Positions 9,039-19,049 of a stretch of DNA of 50,332 bases are shown piece after piece. The translations under genes and the position numbers were made by a program. This DNA comes from an uncultured Candidatus Poseidoniales archaeon. Its GTDB lineage: Archaea; Thermoplasmatota; Poseidoniia; Poseidoniales; Poseidoniaceae. The stretch is from the NCBI GenBank assembly GCA_905182635.1, contig CAJJCM010000033.1, positions 1 through 50,332 of the forward strand. Direction: 5' to 3'. Position 1 is the first letter of the stretch. Each line of letters starts with the position of its first letter. The notes below the pieces were generated by a model, which was given only the letters and a program-made list of their open reading frames with translations, ran no database searches and was not told the DNA's origin.

Positions 9039-10169
9039 TTATGCCGTAATTCGGTGGGAAAAGCCAACCGCTTCCTGAAGAGTTGAGTATCCATGCTCTT
9101 TTAATTTTTTATCCAGACCATGAACAATGGATTTCGTAAGTCCTGCACCTTCGAAAACAAAGCCGCTGTAAGCCTGTAAAAGACAAGCACCTGCACCAAT
9201 TTTAGCCCAAGCATCTTCGGCAGAGAGAATTCCACCAACACCGATAATGGGCCATTCTCCATTTGTCAATGAATAAATCTGGTGTACAATATCGGTCGAA
9301 CGATTGGCGAGGGGCGATCCACTTAGTCCACCAGTTTGAGCAAATATTTGTTCTTCCGTGGTGGAAGAAGAGACGGGGCGTTCAGTCGTTGTATTGGTCG
9401 CAATAATCCCATCGCATCCTGCATCTCGTGCAGTTTTAACAATCGCAACTAATTGTTCATCGGAAAGGTCGGGTGAAATTTTGACCAATAACGGCTTGAT
9501 TTTTGATTGGGTCGATTCTGCATTCTTTTGGTTGACAAGCGTACAAGAATCAATAATCGATTCAAGTGCAGTATCGTGCTGAAGTTCACGTAAATTCGGT
9601 GTATTTGGCGACGATACGTTGATGACAAAAACATCACAGAAATCCCATAATCGGTCCATAGTTTGTGCATAATCGTTTGGTGCATCTTCGAGAGATGTAA
9701 TTTTAGATTTCCCCAAATTCGCCCATAGAGGTACTGAAGGTGAGCCAAATTTTGCAAAGTGCTGCTGTAATTGCTGAGCGACTTTCTGTGAACCTGGATT
9801 GTTGAATCCCATACGGTTTACCAGAGACCGAGAGGGTGTAGCTCGAAACATTCGAGGTTTCGGATTCCCATCTTGCTCATGCTCGGTAACTCCACCTATT
9901 TCGATAAATGACACACCAATCGCCTCCCATCCGCGCAGTGCTTCAGCCCGTTTATCAAGTCCAGCCGCATTGCCAAACGGATGTTGATAGGTCTGGCCAA
10001 AACAATGTATTGGTATATTCTTACGTGGACGATACAACAATGAGAGGACGCCACGAGTAAGTGGATTGGAAGAGAACGCCCTAAGAATCAGCAATGCTCG
10101 GCCATGGGCTTTTTCCGAATCTTGAACACGCAATGTCGGCCGAACAAAGACTCGGTAACCTATGCCCAT
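9039..10169 (-). CDS. pyrD: Quinone-dependent dihydroorotate dehydrogenase (class 2)
   Basis: AAGLDK, GNPKPRMFR, NRMGFNNPG, NVSSPNTPNLR (catalytic Ser), LVKISPD, TNTT, GGLSG, IGVGGI. Confidence 0.95.
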   Translation of the reverse strand: MGIGYRVFVRPTLRVQDSEKAHGRALLILRAFSSNPLTRGVLSLLYRPRKNIPIHCFGQTYQHPFGNAAGLDKRAEALRGWEAIGVSFIEIGGVTEHEQDGNPKPRMFRATPSRSLVNRMGFNNPGSQKVAQQLQQHFAKFGSPSVPLWANLGKSKITSLEDAPNDYAQTMDRLWDFCDVFVINVSSPNTPNLRELQHDTALESIIDSCTLVNQKNAESTQSKIKPLLVKISPDLSDEQLVAIVKTARDAGCDGIIATNTTTERPVSSSTTEEQIFAQTGGLSGSPLANRSTDIVHQIYSLTNGEWPIIGVGGILSAEDAWAKIGAGACLLQAYSGFVFEGAGLTKSIVHGLDKKLKEHGYSTLQEAVGFSHRITA

Positions 10170-10221
10170 ACCATGCCCTCGAAGCGGTATCCTTCAAATC
10201 TTCCGCCCTCTAGGACTGTCT

Positions 10222-10647
10222 GTGCGGATAGATGACCCACTCTGGCCAGTTGTGCGAGAAACTTCTCGAGTCCTTTTGAGAAGAGACAATTTGCACCTTG
10301 AAATCCCTGTAGAATTCAAAGAAGATATCGAAAGTCTATTCTTGGAAATGAGTGACTACCAACCAGCAAAACTACACGTTCCTACTTTTGAAATAAGTTT
10401 GCGTAACGATGTATGTATCTCTCAACGAGAACAGGAAGGGGGTGAACTTCAGATGATTGGTTATATCGGAATGGAGGAGCCTGGACAGAATGTGAGGTGG
10501 GTGAAAATGCCAACGTATGAAGGATGGAAGGAAGTTGTTTCTGCTTGCCATGAACTCCATGAGGCAGGCTATCCTGGTTGTATTGGTTGCGGCGGACCAA
10601 ATTCGGAATTGCCATGGGATGAGAACAAATCCCGGTCTCGGCTGTAG
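10222..10647 (+). CDS. Hypothetical protein with a C-terminal Cys/His cluster
   Basis: Fills the gap between pyrD and topB and contains CHELHEAGYPGCIGCGGP. Start moved to GTG 10222 to avoid a head-to-head overlap with pyrD. Confidence 0.65.
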   Translation: MRIDDPLWPVVRETSRVLLRRDNLHLEIPVEFKEDIESLFLEMSDYQPAKLHVPTFEISLRNDVCISQREQEGGELQMIGYIGMEEPGQNVRWVKMPTYEGWKEVVSACHELHEAGYPGCIGCGGPNSELPWDENKSRSRL

Positions 10648-10757
10648 TAAAATAATTTCTCGCATCTTTGGATTTTGCTCTACAGATACAAGAGTATCTG
10701 TTCATTGACCTCGGATATAAGAGAGTTCAAGTAGCCTCGTCGGTCGCATGTAAAATC

Positions 10758-13505
10758 ATGAGCGTCGTCATTGTTGCAGAGAAACCGAGTGTAGCCAATG
10801 ACATCGCACAAGTTCTTGGCGCATCATCAAAAACAGATACTCACTGGGAAGGAAATGGAATTATTGTCACCTGGGCGATTGGGCATTTGTTGCAACTGAA
10901 GTACATGGATGACTACGATGAAGCCTTTAAGGATTGGAGAAAAACGGTTGACCGCTTGCCATATATCCCTGACTCATTTGAATACAAACCAATTGGTGGA
11001 AGAGGCAAAAAGCAACTTTCTGCAATCACAAAACTCATAAAAGCAAAAGATGTAACTGAAATCGTTAATGCTTGCGACGCTGCAAGAGAAGGCGAATTAA
11101 TTTTTAGAACAATTGTTCAGCACACTAAATCTAAAGTGAAAAGTTCCAGAATGTGGCTTCAGTCAATGACACAAGATTCGATTCAAAAAGCGTGGGACGA
11201 GCGTTTGGATGGGGAGGAATACTCCGCACTCAGAGATGCTGCTTATTCACGTTCTGAAGCTGATTGGATTATCGGTATGAACGGCTCTCGAATTGCAAAC
11301 TCATTTCTTCCGCGAAAAAAGAATGAACGCGTAGCCATTTCACTCGGTCGTGTACAGACCGCTACCTTGGCAATGATTGTTGAACATGAATTGCATGTTT
11401 TGGGTCATATACCGTTACCATATTGGCAACTCGAGGCGGACTTCAAATCAGGTGATGCTGAATGGAAAGGACGTTGGGAGCGCAACAACCATGTTGATGA
11501 CCCAGACCAACCCGATTACAAATCACACCGAATAATTGAGCAAGCAGAACATGACAATTTGAATACGATCTTAAATTCTGGGAAAATGGCTACAATAAAG
11601 CAAACTCAGCGAGAATCTGTTGAAAAACCACCTTTGAATTTTGACCTTACAAGTCTTCAGAGAGAAGCAAATAATATATTCAGTTGGTCTGCAAAGAAAA
11701 CTCTTGGAGTCGCACAAGACTTGTATGATTCGTTCAAACTTACGACATACCCACGTACCGATTCACGCCATTTGCCTGAGGATATGCATGAGCAAATTGC
11801 TAAAACTATTCGTCAACTTGGTGCCCAAGGAGAGTATAATACTCACTCGACACGAATCATTGATGATGGAATGGAAAATGCTGGTAGAAACTTTGACAAT
11901 TCTAAAGTGAGTGACCACTTTGCCATTATTCCAACTGGGAAAATACCTGAAGGCAATTTGAATTCAGACCATACACGTCTCTATGACCTCATCGTTCGAA
12001 CATTCTTAGCATCATGGCACCCACAGGCTACATGGGATGTACAAAAGCGTACAGCGACACTCGATGGTGAAAACTTCATCAAGGAATCCCGTGCTATCAA
12101 GGTCGAAGGATGGCGAGCTGTTCGTCCAAAGAAGCAATCCTTGCCTGATGGCTGGAATGTCCTACCAAGTAATCCCTGTGATGGTTCAATCGAATCATTT
12201 GAATTTTCTGAAGAAAAATCAAAACCGAAAGGTCGTTTGAAGGAAGCAGGACTCCTGAGATTAATGGAACATGCTGGTAAACAAATCGATGATGAAACTT
12301 TAGCAGAAGCAATCAAAGATAAGGGACTTGGAACGCCTGCAACTCGGGCTGACACAATCGAAAAACTGGTTGACCGAGGATATATTCAACGTTCACGAGG
12401 TGGAAGTATAAGTGCTACTGCACATGGAATCCGAATCATTGACGTGTTAAGAAAAATCCCTGTTGAATGGATTACTTCGCCTGAAATGACCGGTGAGATG
12501 GAATCGTCTCTCCTCCGTGTTCAACGAGGAGAAGAACCACGTGAGAATTATATGAACGCAGTGATTGAACAAACGACCGTGATGGTTGAACGAATTAAAA
12601 ATCACGACCGAACTGAATTGTATATGAATGAGCCTTCAATTGGAGATTGTTTGGTGTGTAAAAGTAAAATTATTGAAACGACACTTACCTATCAATGTGA
12701 AAAGAATGAAGGTCGAGAAAAAGGATGTTCATTTGTGTTCTGGAAGGATACCTCCGGAAGATGGTTCGACCAACCTACGGCTATGCGCCTCTTAGAAAAC
12801 CGTCAAATCGATGATTTACATGGATTTTTCAATCGAACCGGTGAACCCTATATTGCATCGGTCAAGCTAACCAATGATGGAAAGGTCGAATTTATCGGTG
12901 GTGGTGAATCCTCATCCGATGCCTCTGATGAGGAAGTTTGCCCATGTCCAGCATGCGATCATGGTACGATTCGAATAGGACAAACCATGTATGCTTGTGA
13001 TCATGATGAGTGTAAATTCCGTGGAGTTTCTAAAGAAATGTGTAAGCGACCGATTTCTGCTGATGAAGCAAAACAGATTCTTGTTAATGGTAAATCAGAA
13101 TTACTTGAAGATTTTACATCGAAGCGTGGCCGTCCTTTCAAGGCATTTCTAGTTCGTGACAATAATCGTATTAAATTTGAATTCCCACCACGAGAAGCTG
13201 CTGCAGATGCAACTCGATTTACTGTTGTTGAGGGCGTCGTTGGTATATGTCCGACACACAAGGTAAACATCGTCGAAACTGAGACGCATTACCAACCTGA
13301 AGAAGGTTCCAGCGGTTGTACAATACAAATATTGAGAGAAGTATCCAAAAGAGAAATCACACGAGAAGAGGCAAAGGTTCTCATCGAAAAGAGAGAAATT
13401 GGCCCGTATGATGATTTTATATCGAAGAAGACTGAACGTGAATTTTCATCAAAATTGTATCTAAAGAAGAACGAATCTATTGGATACAAGTTTGCAAAGC
13501 GCTGA
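10758..13505 (+). CDS. topB: Type IA DNA topoisomerase, topoisomerase III-like, with C-terminal zinc-ribbon/repeat region
   Basis: IVAEKPSVA, WAIGHL, NACDAAREGELIF, GRVQT, catalytic TTYPRTDS, GLGTPATR. C-terminal repeats of the F.SKRGRPF.A.L type. Confidence 0.92.
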   Translation: MSVVIVAEKPSVANDIAQVLGASSKTDTHWEGNGIIVTWAIGHLLQLKYMDDYDEAFKDWRKTVDRLPYIPDSFEYKPIGGRGKKQLSAITKLIKAKDVTEIVNACDAAREGELIFRTIVQHTKSKVKSSRMWLQSMTQDSIQKAWDERLDGEEYSALRDAAYSRSEADWIIGMNGSRIANSFLPRKKNERVAISLGRVQTATLAMIVEHELHVLGHIPLPYWQLEADFKSGDAEWKGRWERNNHVDDPDQPDYKSHRIIEQAEHDNLNTILNSGKMATIKQTQRESVEKPPLNFDLTSLQREANNIFSWSAKKTLGVAQDLYDSFKLTTYPRTDSRHLPEDMHEQIAKTIRQLGAQGEYNTHSTRIIDDGMENAGRNFDNSKVSDHFAIIPTGKIPEGNLNSDHTRLYDLIVRTFLASWHPQATWDVQKRTATLDGENFIKESRAIKVEGWRAVRPKKQSLPDGWNVLPSNPCDGSIESFEFSEEKSKPKGRLKEAGLLRLMEHAGKQIDDETLAEAIKDKGLGTPATRADTIEKLVDRGYIQRSRGGSISATAHGIRIIDVLRKIPVEWITSPEMTGEMESSLLRVQRGEEPRENYMNAVIEQTTVMVERIKNHDRTELYMNEPSIGDCLVCKSKIIETTLTYQCEKNEGREKGCSFVFWKDTSGRWFDQPTAMRLLENRQIDDLHGFFNRTGEPYIASVKLTNDGKVEFIGGGESSSDASDEEVCPCPACDHGTIRIGQTMYACDHDECKFRGVSKEMCKRPISADEAKQILVNGKSELLEDFTSKRGRPFKAFLVRDNNRIKFEFPPREAAADATRFTVVEGVVGICPTHKVNIVETETHYQPEEGSSGCTIQILREVSKREITREEAKVLIEKREIGPYDDFISKKTEREFSSKLYLKKNESIGYKFAKR

Positions 13506-13569
13506 GAACTCATTCTTTCGAGTCATGGCAGAGCGAAGGTTGATGTCCGACCGACTCCGGACTTGAACC

Positions 13570-14784
13570 ATGAAGCAGTCCGATTGGGATGTCATCATCG
13601 TTGGCGCAGGGCCAACAGGTGGCCGGACAGCGACTCACTTAGCATCACTTGGGCATCGCGTTTTGATGCTTGAAGAGCATACTGAAATTGGACGCCCGTT
13701 CCAATGTGCTGGTCTTGTCACGCCAAAGGCATTGCATGAAGTTGGCCTTTACGACTCTGTTCTAGAAGAAATTGACGGCGCACGAATTCACGGCCCAAGC
13801 GGTACTCTTGTTCCTGTTGGAACCGATGGTAAACTGCGAACCTATGTGGTGTGTAGAAAGAAGTTCGATCAAGGAGTGGTACAACAAGCCATGGAATCTG
13901 GCGCATCACTTTGGCTCAACTCTCAGCCACATTCTGCCGAAATTACTCCAGAGAAAGTCACACTCAATATTGAATCGAATGGAGAAAACTTGACACTCAA
14001 CTGCAAATTACTCATTGGTTGTGATGGAGCGCATAGTTGGACACGACGTTATTTCAAAATGGGCCGGCCCAAGGAGATGATGATTGGATTTCAAGTAGAA
14101 GTATTGGGATATAAGGGCAAAGATCGTTGGCTTGAAATGTACAGTGGGTCCGAAGTTGCCCCTGGTTTCTTTGCGTGGGTCATTCCATCTGGTTTTGGCA
14201 GTCATCGAATTGGTATTTGGTCAACGCCTGAACATTTGAAAGGGAGGAGCGTTGAACAATGCTATGAGGATTTGATACAACACCCACTATGGAAAGATCG
14301 CTTCGATGGGATCAAAGAAATCGCAAGATTTTGTGGTCCGATTCCCAGTGGTATGGTAAAGAAAACTGTGGCAGAACGGGTCATGCTTCTTGGCGATGCT
14401 GCGGGAATGGCAAAACCAACAACAGGTGGTGGAATTGGTCCCGGATTTAAACAAATTAAGGGTATTCTTCAACCCCTAAGTAAAGCTATTTTTGATGATG
14501 AACTGTCTGAAAAGAATCTTAAGAAGGTAACCTCAAAACATTTCCAATCTATGAAAAGAGACCAAGACAAAGCACGTTCCTTGAGAAATTTACTGGTCAG
14601 CGATACCAGTGACAAAGAATTGGACACCCACTTTGAAAATTTTGCTCGCCCTGATGTGCTTGAACTCATCAACGATATCGGCGATATCGAAAAACCGGTC
14701 CCACTCGGTCTGGCATTGTTGAGAAAGGTTCCAGCATTTCGAAGATTGGCCCTGAAAGCAGGGACGCGACTCATATTTAGATAG
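13570..14784 (+). CDS. Geranylgeranyl reductase family flavoprotein (archaeal lipid saturation)
   Basis: VGAGPTG FAD motif, QCAGL, R..FD, IGCDG, PGFFAWVIP, LLGDAAG, PTTGGGI. Confidence 0.88.
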   Translation: MKQSDWDVIIVGAGPTGGRTATHLASLGHRVLMLEEHTEIGRPFQCAGLVTPKALHEVGLYDSVLEEIDGARIHGPSGTLVPVGTDGKLRTYVVCRKKFDQGVVQQAMESGASLWLNSQPHSAEITPEKVTLNIESNGENLTLNCKLLIGCDGAHSWTRRYFKMGRPKEMMIGFQVEVLGYKGKDRWLEMYSGSEVAPGFFAWVIPSGFGSHRIGIWSTPEHLKGRSVEQCYEDLIQHPLWKDRFDGIKEIARFCGPIPSGMVKKTVAERVMLLGDAAGMAKPTTGGGIGPGFKQIKGILQPLSKAIFDDELSEKNLKKVTSKHFQSMKRDQDKARSLRNLLVSDTSDKELDTHFENFARPDVLELINDIGDIEKPVPLGLALLRKVPAFRRLALKAGTRLIFR

Positions 14785-14866
14785 GGGTGATTTCATTTCT
14801 AAATTACAACTGGAACAAAGAATACGCTTTCCACCGTTCGAATCCTACAGGTTTATCGCTTCGGAA

Positions 14867-15940
14867 TTGCCAATTGCGACAAAGAGAATCGTTCTTGAAA
14901 GTGGAAAAAAAGATGACTTGATTGATACATTATCCGAACGTGTTCCGAGTTTTCGGCTCGGTGGAGAAGAAACTTGGCTTATTGAGCAACGCTATCTCAT
15001 TGATGGAAAACTCTTTGATGATACTCAAATCGAGCGAACTTCACATCATCTCGATAATTCTAAGCGACCGCTCGCCGTCAACAAACAACGCAGAGGTTGG
15101 TATCTCACACCAAATCCCATCCATTCTTTAGTTCGACGTTTCATTTCAGCGACTGTTGTAATTCTGTTAGTGGTACTCGGATATTTGTTTGTCGAGCCTG
15201 TTTTGAGTTCCTTTGGCATACCAGGGATAGGGACTGGTACTGTACGAATCGGCCCACTGGATTACCCAATGTTGGCAGTTATTATTGTGCCATTGCTCTT
15301 TTTACCGCTTGCTTTACGTGTGGGGGCCAACCTTGCAGATTTAGTTCAACAGAAAAAATTTATTAAATCATCTCCAAAAATACCAGTTATTGAAATTCTT
15401 GGTCAACCATCTGCAGGTAATCCTTTGAAATTAAAGATTAAACTTTCTGAAATTCGAGACGATTGGCATGATATCCAAGTGACCTGGAGAGTTGGTTCTC
15501 TTTCACCTGCTCGTGATGAAGTGTTCAGTTCACTGGGACATGCTGTATCAAATCAACCACCTCCCGGCCTTACCACTGAATTACCACATCATTGGGAAGT
15601 TGGACTGGATGATGGAACTGGCGGGGGTGAAGAGGCCCCTATGGAACATCATAAAGTAAAGGGCGGGCTCTTTCTTCGACCTATGCGAATTATGGAATTC
15701 GGAGGAAGGAGCGAACTGAAAGATGGGGAAATTATTCTCACACCACCAAAATTGAATTGGCCAGGTACTGTTTCCTCTCCAATCATTCGCATCCATTGGG
15801 AACTCATCGTAAGTATCCAACGTAAAAAAGGAGGCCCATTGTTGTGGGTTCTGCCTTTGGCAGTTCGCCATCCAAAGCGTAGTTCAATCATCGAAATGCC
15901 CCCGACAAATGATGGTAGAACTGAATCAGATTCAGTATAA
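14867..15940 (+). CDS. Hypothetical membrane protein (two TM helices, soluble C-terminal domain)
   Basis: 357 aa ORF filling the space between the GGR gene and the lipoprotein gene. Two hydrophobic segments. Start uncertain. Confidence 0.7.
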   Translation: MPIATKRIVLESGKKDDLIDTLSERVPSFRLGGEETWLIEQRYLIDGKLFDDTQIERTSHHLDNSKRPLAVNKQRRGWYLTPNPIHSLVRRFISATVVILLVVLGYLFVEPVLSSFGIPGIGTGTVRIGPLDYPMLAVIIVPLLFLPLALRVGANLADLVQQKKFIKSSPKIPVIEILGQPSAGNPLKLKIKLSEIRDDWHDIQVTWRVGSLSPARDEVFSSLGHAVSNQPPPGLTTELPHHWEVGLDDGTGGGEEAPMEHHKVKGGLFLRPMRIMEFGGRSELKDGEIILTPPKLNWPGTVSSPIIRIHWELIVSIQRKKGGPLLWVLPLAVRHPKRSSIIEMPPTNDGRTESDSV

Positions 15941-15983
15941 TCTGTGCAACACATTCAAGACTCGCTTCTCTCCTCTTTGGTTC

Positions 15984-18900
15984 ATGCAAAGACGCTCATT
16001 GGCTGCTCTCTTTCTCACCGGCCTGATGGTTTTGTCGGGTTGCTTCGGTGCGGTTAGCCAAAATGATGATGAATCGGAAATCGATGAACCGCTTTCGAAC
16101 ACTGTCGAGTTAACCGCTGCATGGGGCGTGATTCCGGATTCAATTCCACTCGATGGAACTCCAGTTCTACTCACCATAGTGGTTCAGAATAAAGGTGATG
16201 ATTGGGATGCACAACCTACAATCCTCACACCTCAAATTACAGTGCTGACTACTTTTGAGTTGGAAAAAACTCCACAGGGATTACAGTTGATGTTTATTCC
16301 GCAAGTCGCCGGTGATTATTCAATTTTAGTGCACTTCACCGTGATCAATGATGCTGAATTTACCTCACCACGACAGCAAGACCTCGTTCATACAATCACT
16401 ATAATCGCTCCAGAAGAAGAGGCCCCAATACTTTGGGCACCTGTCATGCTTTCATTAGAGGAACCATCGGTCATTTGGTTTGAAGGAAATGTTGTTCACA
16501 GTGCGCTTTCGACATGCTCATTGATGATTCATTACGGTGAAGAGATGAGTAAAACCGGCATTGTCAAGGATGATGGCACATGGAAAACTCTTCTTGACCT
16601 GTCAGAAGTCACAGACTCTTTTGAAATACGAACTGTGGTCGAATGTGGAAATGATTCCCTGAAGAGTGATACCGTCACAACGCAAGTTCTCGTTGAACAT
16701 TCAGGCGATGATGCTGATGGTGACGGGATTTTGGATTTAGATGATCGTTGTCCGAATGGCTATGGTGCATCTGATGGATGGAGTTCGACAAATGCAAGTG
16801 ACCAAGATAACGATGGTTGCCACGACTTTGAGGAAGACTTCGATGATGACAATGATGGAATCTTAGACCATTTGGACCTATGCCCGACGTCTTTTGGATG
16901 GATTAGTACCCCTGATGCTGACTATGATTCTGATGGATGCCACGATACGGATTATGATGATGATGATGATAACGACGGTGTTTTGGATTCTGATGACTTT
17001 TGCCCGCGTGGATTATTGAATTGGGCTTCAGGTTCATTCAGTGATTGGGATGGCGATGGATGCTCAGATTTAGACGAGGATGATGACGATGATAATGACA
17101 ATCTGCTCGATAATGCAGATACATGCCCAAAGGGGGTCGTCGATTGGGTAAGAGATGGAATTTCTGATTATGACGATGATGGTTGTAACGATGTACTCGA
17201 AGATATCGATGATGATAATGATGGTGTATACGATGTGAATGCTACAGGTCATCTATTGGATGAATGCCCAAAGACTCCACTCAATACGACAGAAGTCAAT
17301 GAAGTTGGTTGTGCTGCAGTAGAGAGAGACACCGATGCTGATGGCGTAAATGATTTGTTTGACCAATGCCCTGGTACGCCTACTGGACTTGTTGTCAATA
17401 CGATGGGGTGTGCAGATTTGGATGATGATGGAGTATTTGCTAACGTGGATATTTGTCCTGATTCTCCTGAAAAATGGACCATTGATTCCCAAGGTTGTGC
17501 TGTTGTTCAATCCCCAGTGAGCTGGACGAGTGGTTCAACTCTCACCGGTCCAATGCAAATCGTGCCTCACTTCTCTGTTCCAACTTTAGATGGAACGTTC
17601 TTGTTCCAACAGGAATGGACTGGGTATGATATCTATTACTTTTTATTCAAATATACTGACTCAAGTGGCAACTCCAATTCGGCGACTTGGGGTCAAAGTC
17701 CTGGTCCTTTTATCAGAGGATTACCTTCGAATGTTCATCTCTTCTTTGGTTCGTTTGACTCGACCTATCACAGTGATGTTGTGAATCGCAAAGCAGCAGT
17801 TGAAAGTGCCCTCAATCCGAACGAAGAAACAGCATGGGAAGGAAGAATACACTATATTGACCAGCGAGCAAACAGCATTACAGGTGGGTTGGGTCAGATG
17901 ATATCGAACTTTAATTCACCAATGTTTATGGGAATTGATCGTTTCCAAATGGCACGAGAAACTGGGTCACTCTATGCTTGGACAAGTTCAAATTATGACC
18001 CACAACATCTCATTCATGAACCTCACCAATGGAACGCTGAATTCCCCGTTGAAATACGAAGACATGATACTGGTGTCGAAGAAGTCACAGTACTCGACTT
18101 TTATCGCCATACAGGTGGCTGGAGTGGGGGCTTTACCACCACTACAAACGCAGTGTTCCCAAGTAATCTTACTGATTACGATACGCTTGAAGTCTACCAC
18201 GAACATGCATGTGATGAACGTTCGAATCGCTATCAGAAAAGTGATGGTAGCAACGGAGGCTGTCATGAATGGGATTACGAAGCGAATCTACGCATCTGTG
18301 ACCGAGATAACGCATCAGCATGTGGTACAGAATATATGCGATGGATTACGACCTATGGTCGTGAAGGAAAGTGGTTAACAGATATTTCACCGTATCTCTT
18401 TATGCTTGAAAATGAGGATAATCGGACGTTTAAGTATCGAGGTGCCAACAAGGGCGACCTCACAATAACTTTCCTTTTGAGTAACTGGGGCAGTGGTCTA
18501 CGCGGCCAAAGTGCTGATTTTGCATTCACTGGGGGTCAATTTGATGGGACCTATAACGACCTCACAAAATACACTCGTGATCTAAATTTCACCGTACCAT
18601 CTTGGGCTGATAAGGTCGAGATTGTTGCCACAATTACCGGCCATGGATTTGGCAAAGATAATGCAAACTGTGCAGAGTTTTGTGACCACCAACATCACTA
18701 CTACCTCAATGGATTAACGACCTATGAATGGCACCCAATCGTCCACGTTTCATCTGGTGAAGGTTGTGAGCTTGAGGTGAGAAACGGAGTTGTTGCAAAC
18801 CAATACGGTTCGTGGCCGTATGGTCGAGCAGGATGGTGTGCTGGTCAAGATGTCAAGCAATGGACCTACGACATTACAAGTTGGAGTGACATGACCGGTG

Positions 18901-19028
18901 GAGTCAACCATCTGACCTATCGAGGATTGTACAATGGTCAAGAATACACGCCATCAGATGGTGTTGGCAATGGTCAACGAAATATTCACGCAGAAATCTG
19001 GGTTGTGTACTATAACGCTACAACATAA
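15984..19028 (+). CDS. Lipoprotein with thrombospondin type-3-like Asp-rich repeats and a C-terminal peptide-N-glycosidase F module
   Basis: Lipobox LSGC. Repeats of the D.D.DG..D..D.CP type. PNGase F motifs HEWDY, EYMRWITTY, ITGHG, NCAEFC, GSW.YGRAGWC.G. Confidence 0.8.
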   Translation: MQRRSLAALFLTGLMVLSGCFGAVSQNDDESEIDEPLSNTVELTAAWGVIPDSIPLDGTPVLLTIVVQNKGDDWDAQPTILTPQITVLTTFELEKTPQGLQLMFIPQVAGDYSILVHFTVINDAEFTSPRQQDLVHTITIIAPEEEAPILWAPVMLSLEEPSVIWFEGNVVHSALSTCSLMIHYGEEMSKTGIVKDDGTWKTLLDLSEVTDSFEIRTVVECGNDSLKSDTVTTQVLVEHSGDDADGDGILDLDDRCPNGYGASDGWSSTNASDQDNDGCHDFEEDFDDDNDGILDHLDLCPTSFGWISTPDADYDSDGCHDTDYDDDDDNDGVLDSDDFCPRGLLNWASGSFSDWDGDGCSDLDEDDDDDNDNLLDNADTCPKGVVDWVRDGISDYDDDGCNDVLEDIDDDNDGVYDVNATGHLLDECPKTPLNTTEVNEVGCAAVERDTDADGVNDLFDQCPGTPTGLVVNTMGCADLDDDGVFANVDICPDSPEKWTIDSQGCAVVQSPVSWTSGSTLTGPMQIVPHFSVPTLDGTFLFQQEWTGYDIYYFLFKYTDSSGNSNSATWGQSPGPFIRGLPSNVHLFFGSFDSTYHSDVVNRKAAVESALNPNEETAWEGRIHYIDQRANSITGGLGQMISNFNSPMFMGIDRFQMARETGSLYAWTSSNYDPQHLIHEPHQWNAEFPVEIRRHDTGVEEVTVLDFYRHTGGWSGGFTTTTNAVFPSNLTDYDTLEVYHEHACDERSNRYQKSDGSNGGCHEWDYEANLRICDRDNASACGTEYMRWITTYGREGKWLTDISPYLFMLENEDNRTFKYRGANKGDLTITFLLSNWGSGLRGQSADFAFTGGQFDGTYNDLTKYTRDLNFTVPSWADKVEIVATITGHGFGKDNANCAEFCDHQHHYYLNGLTTYEWHPIVHVSSGEGCELEVRNGVVANQYGSWPYGRAGWCAGQDVKQWTYDITSWSDMTGGVNHLTYRGLYNGQEYTPSDGVGNGQRNIHAEIWVVYYNATT

Positions 19029-19049
19029 ACTCACATGTAAGTTAACGAA

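Noticed and set aside
16700..17460. GAT-rich repetitive DNA as a CRISPR or tandem array
   Set aside because: These are degenerate Asp codon runs inside a CDS, with no identical repeat-spacer structure.
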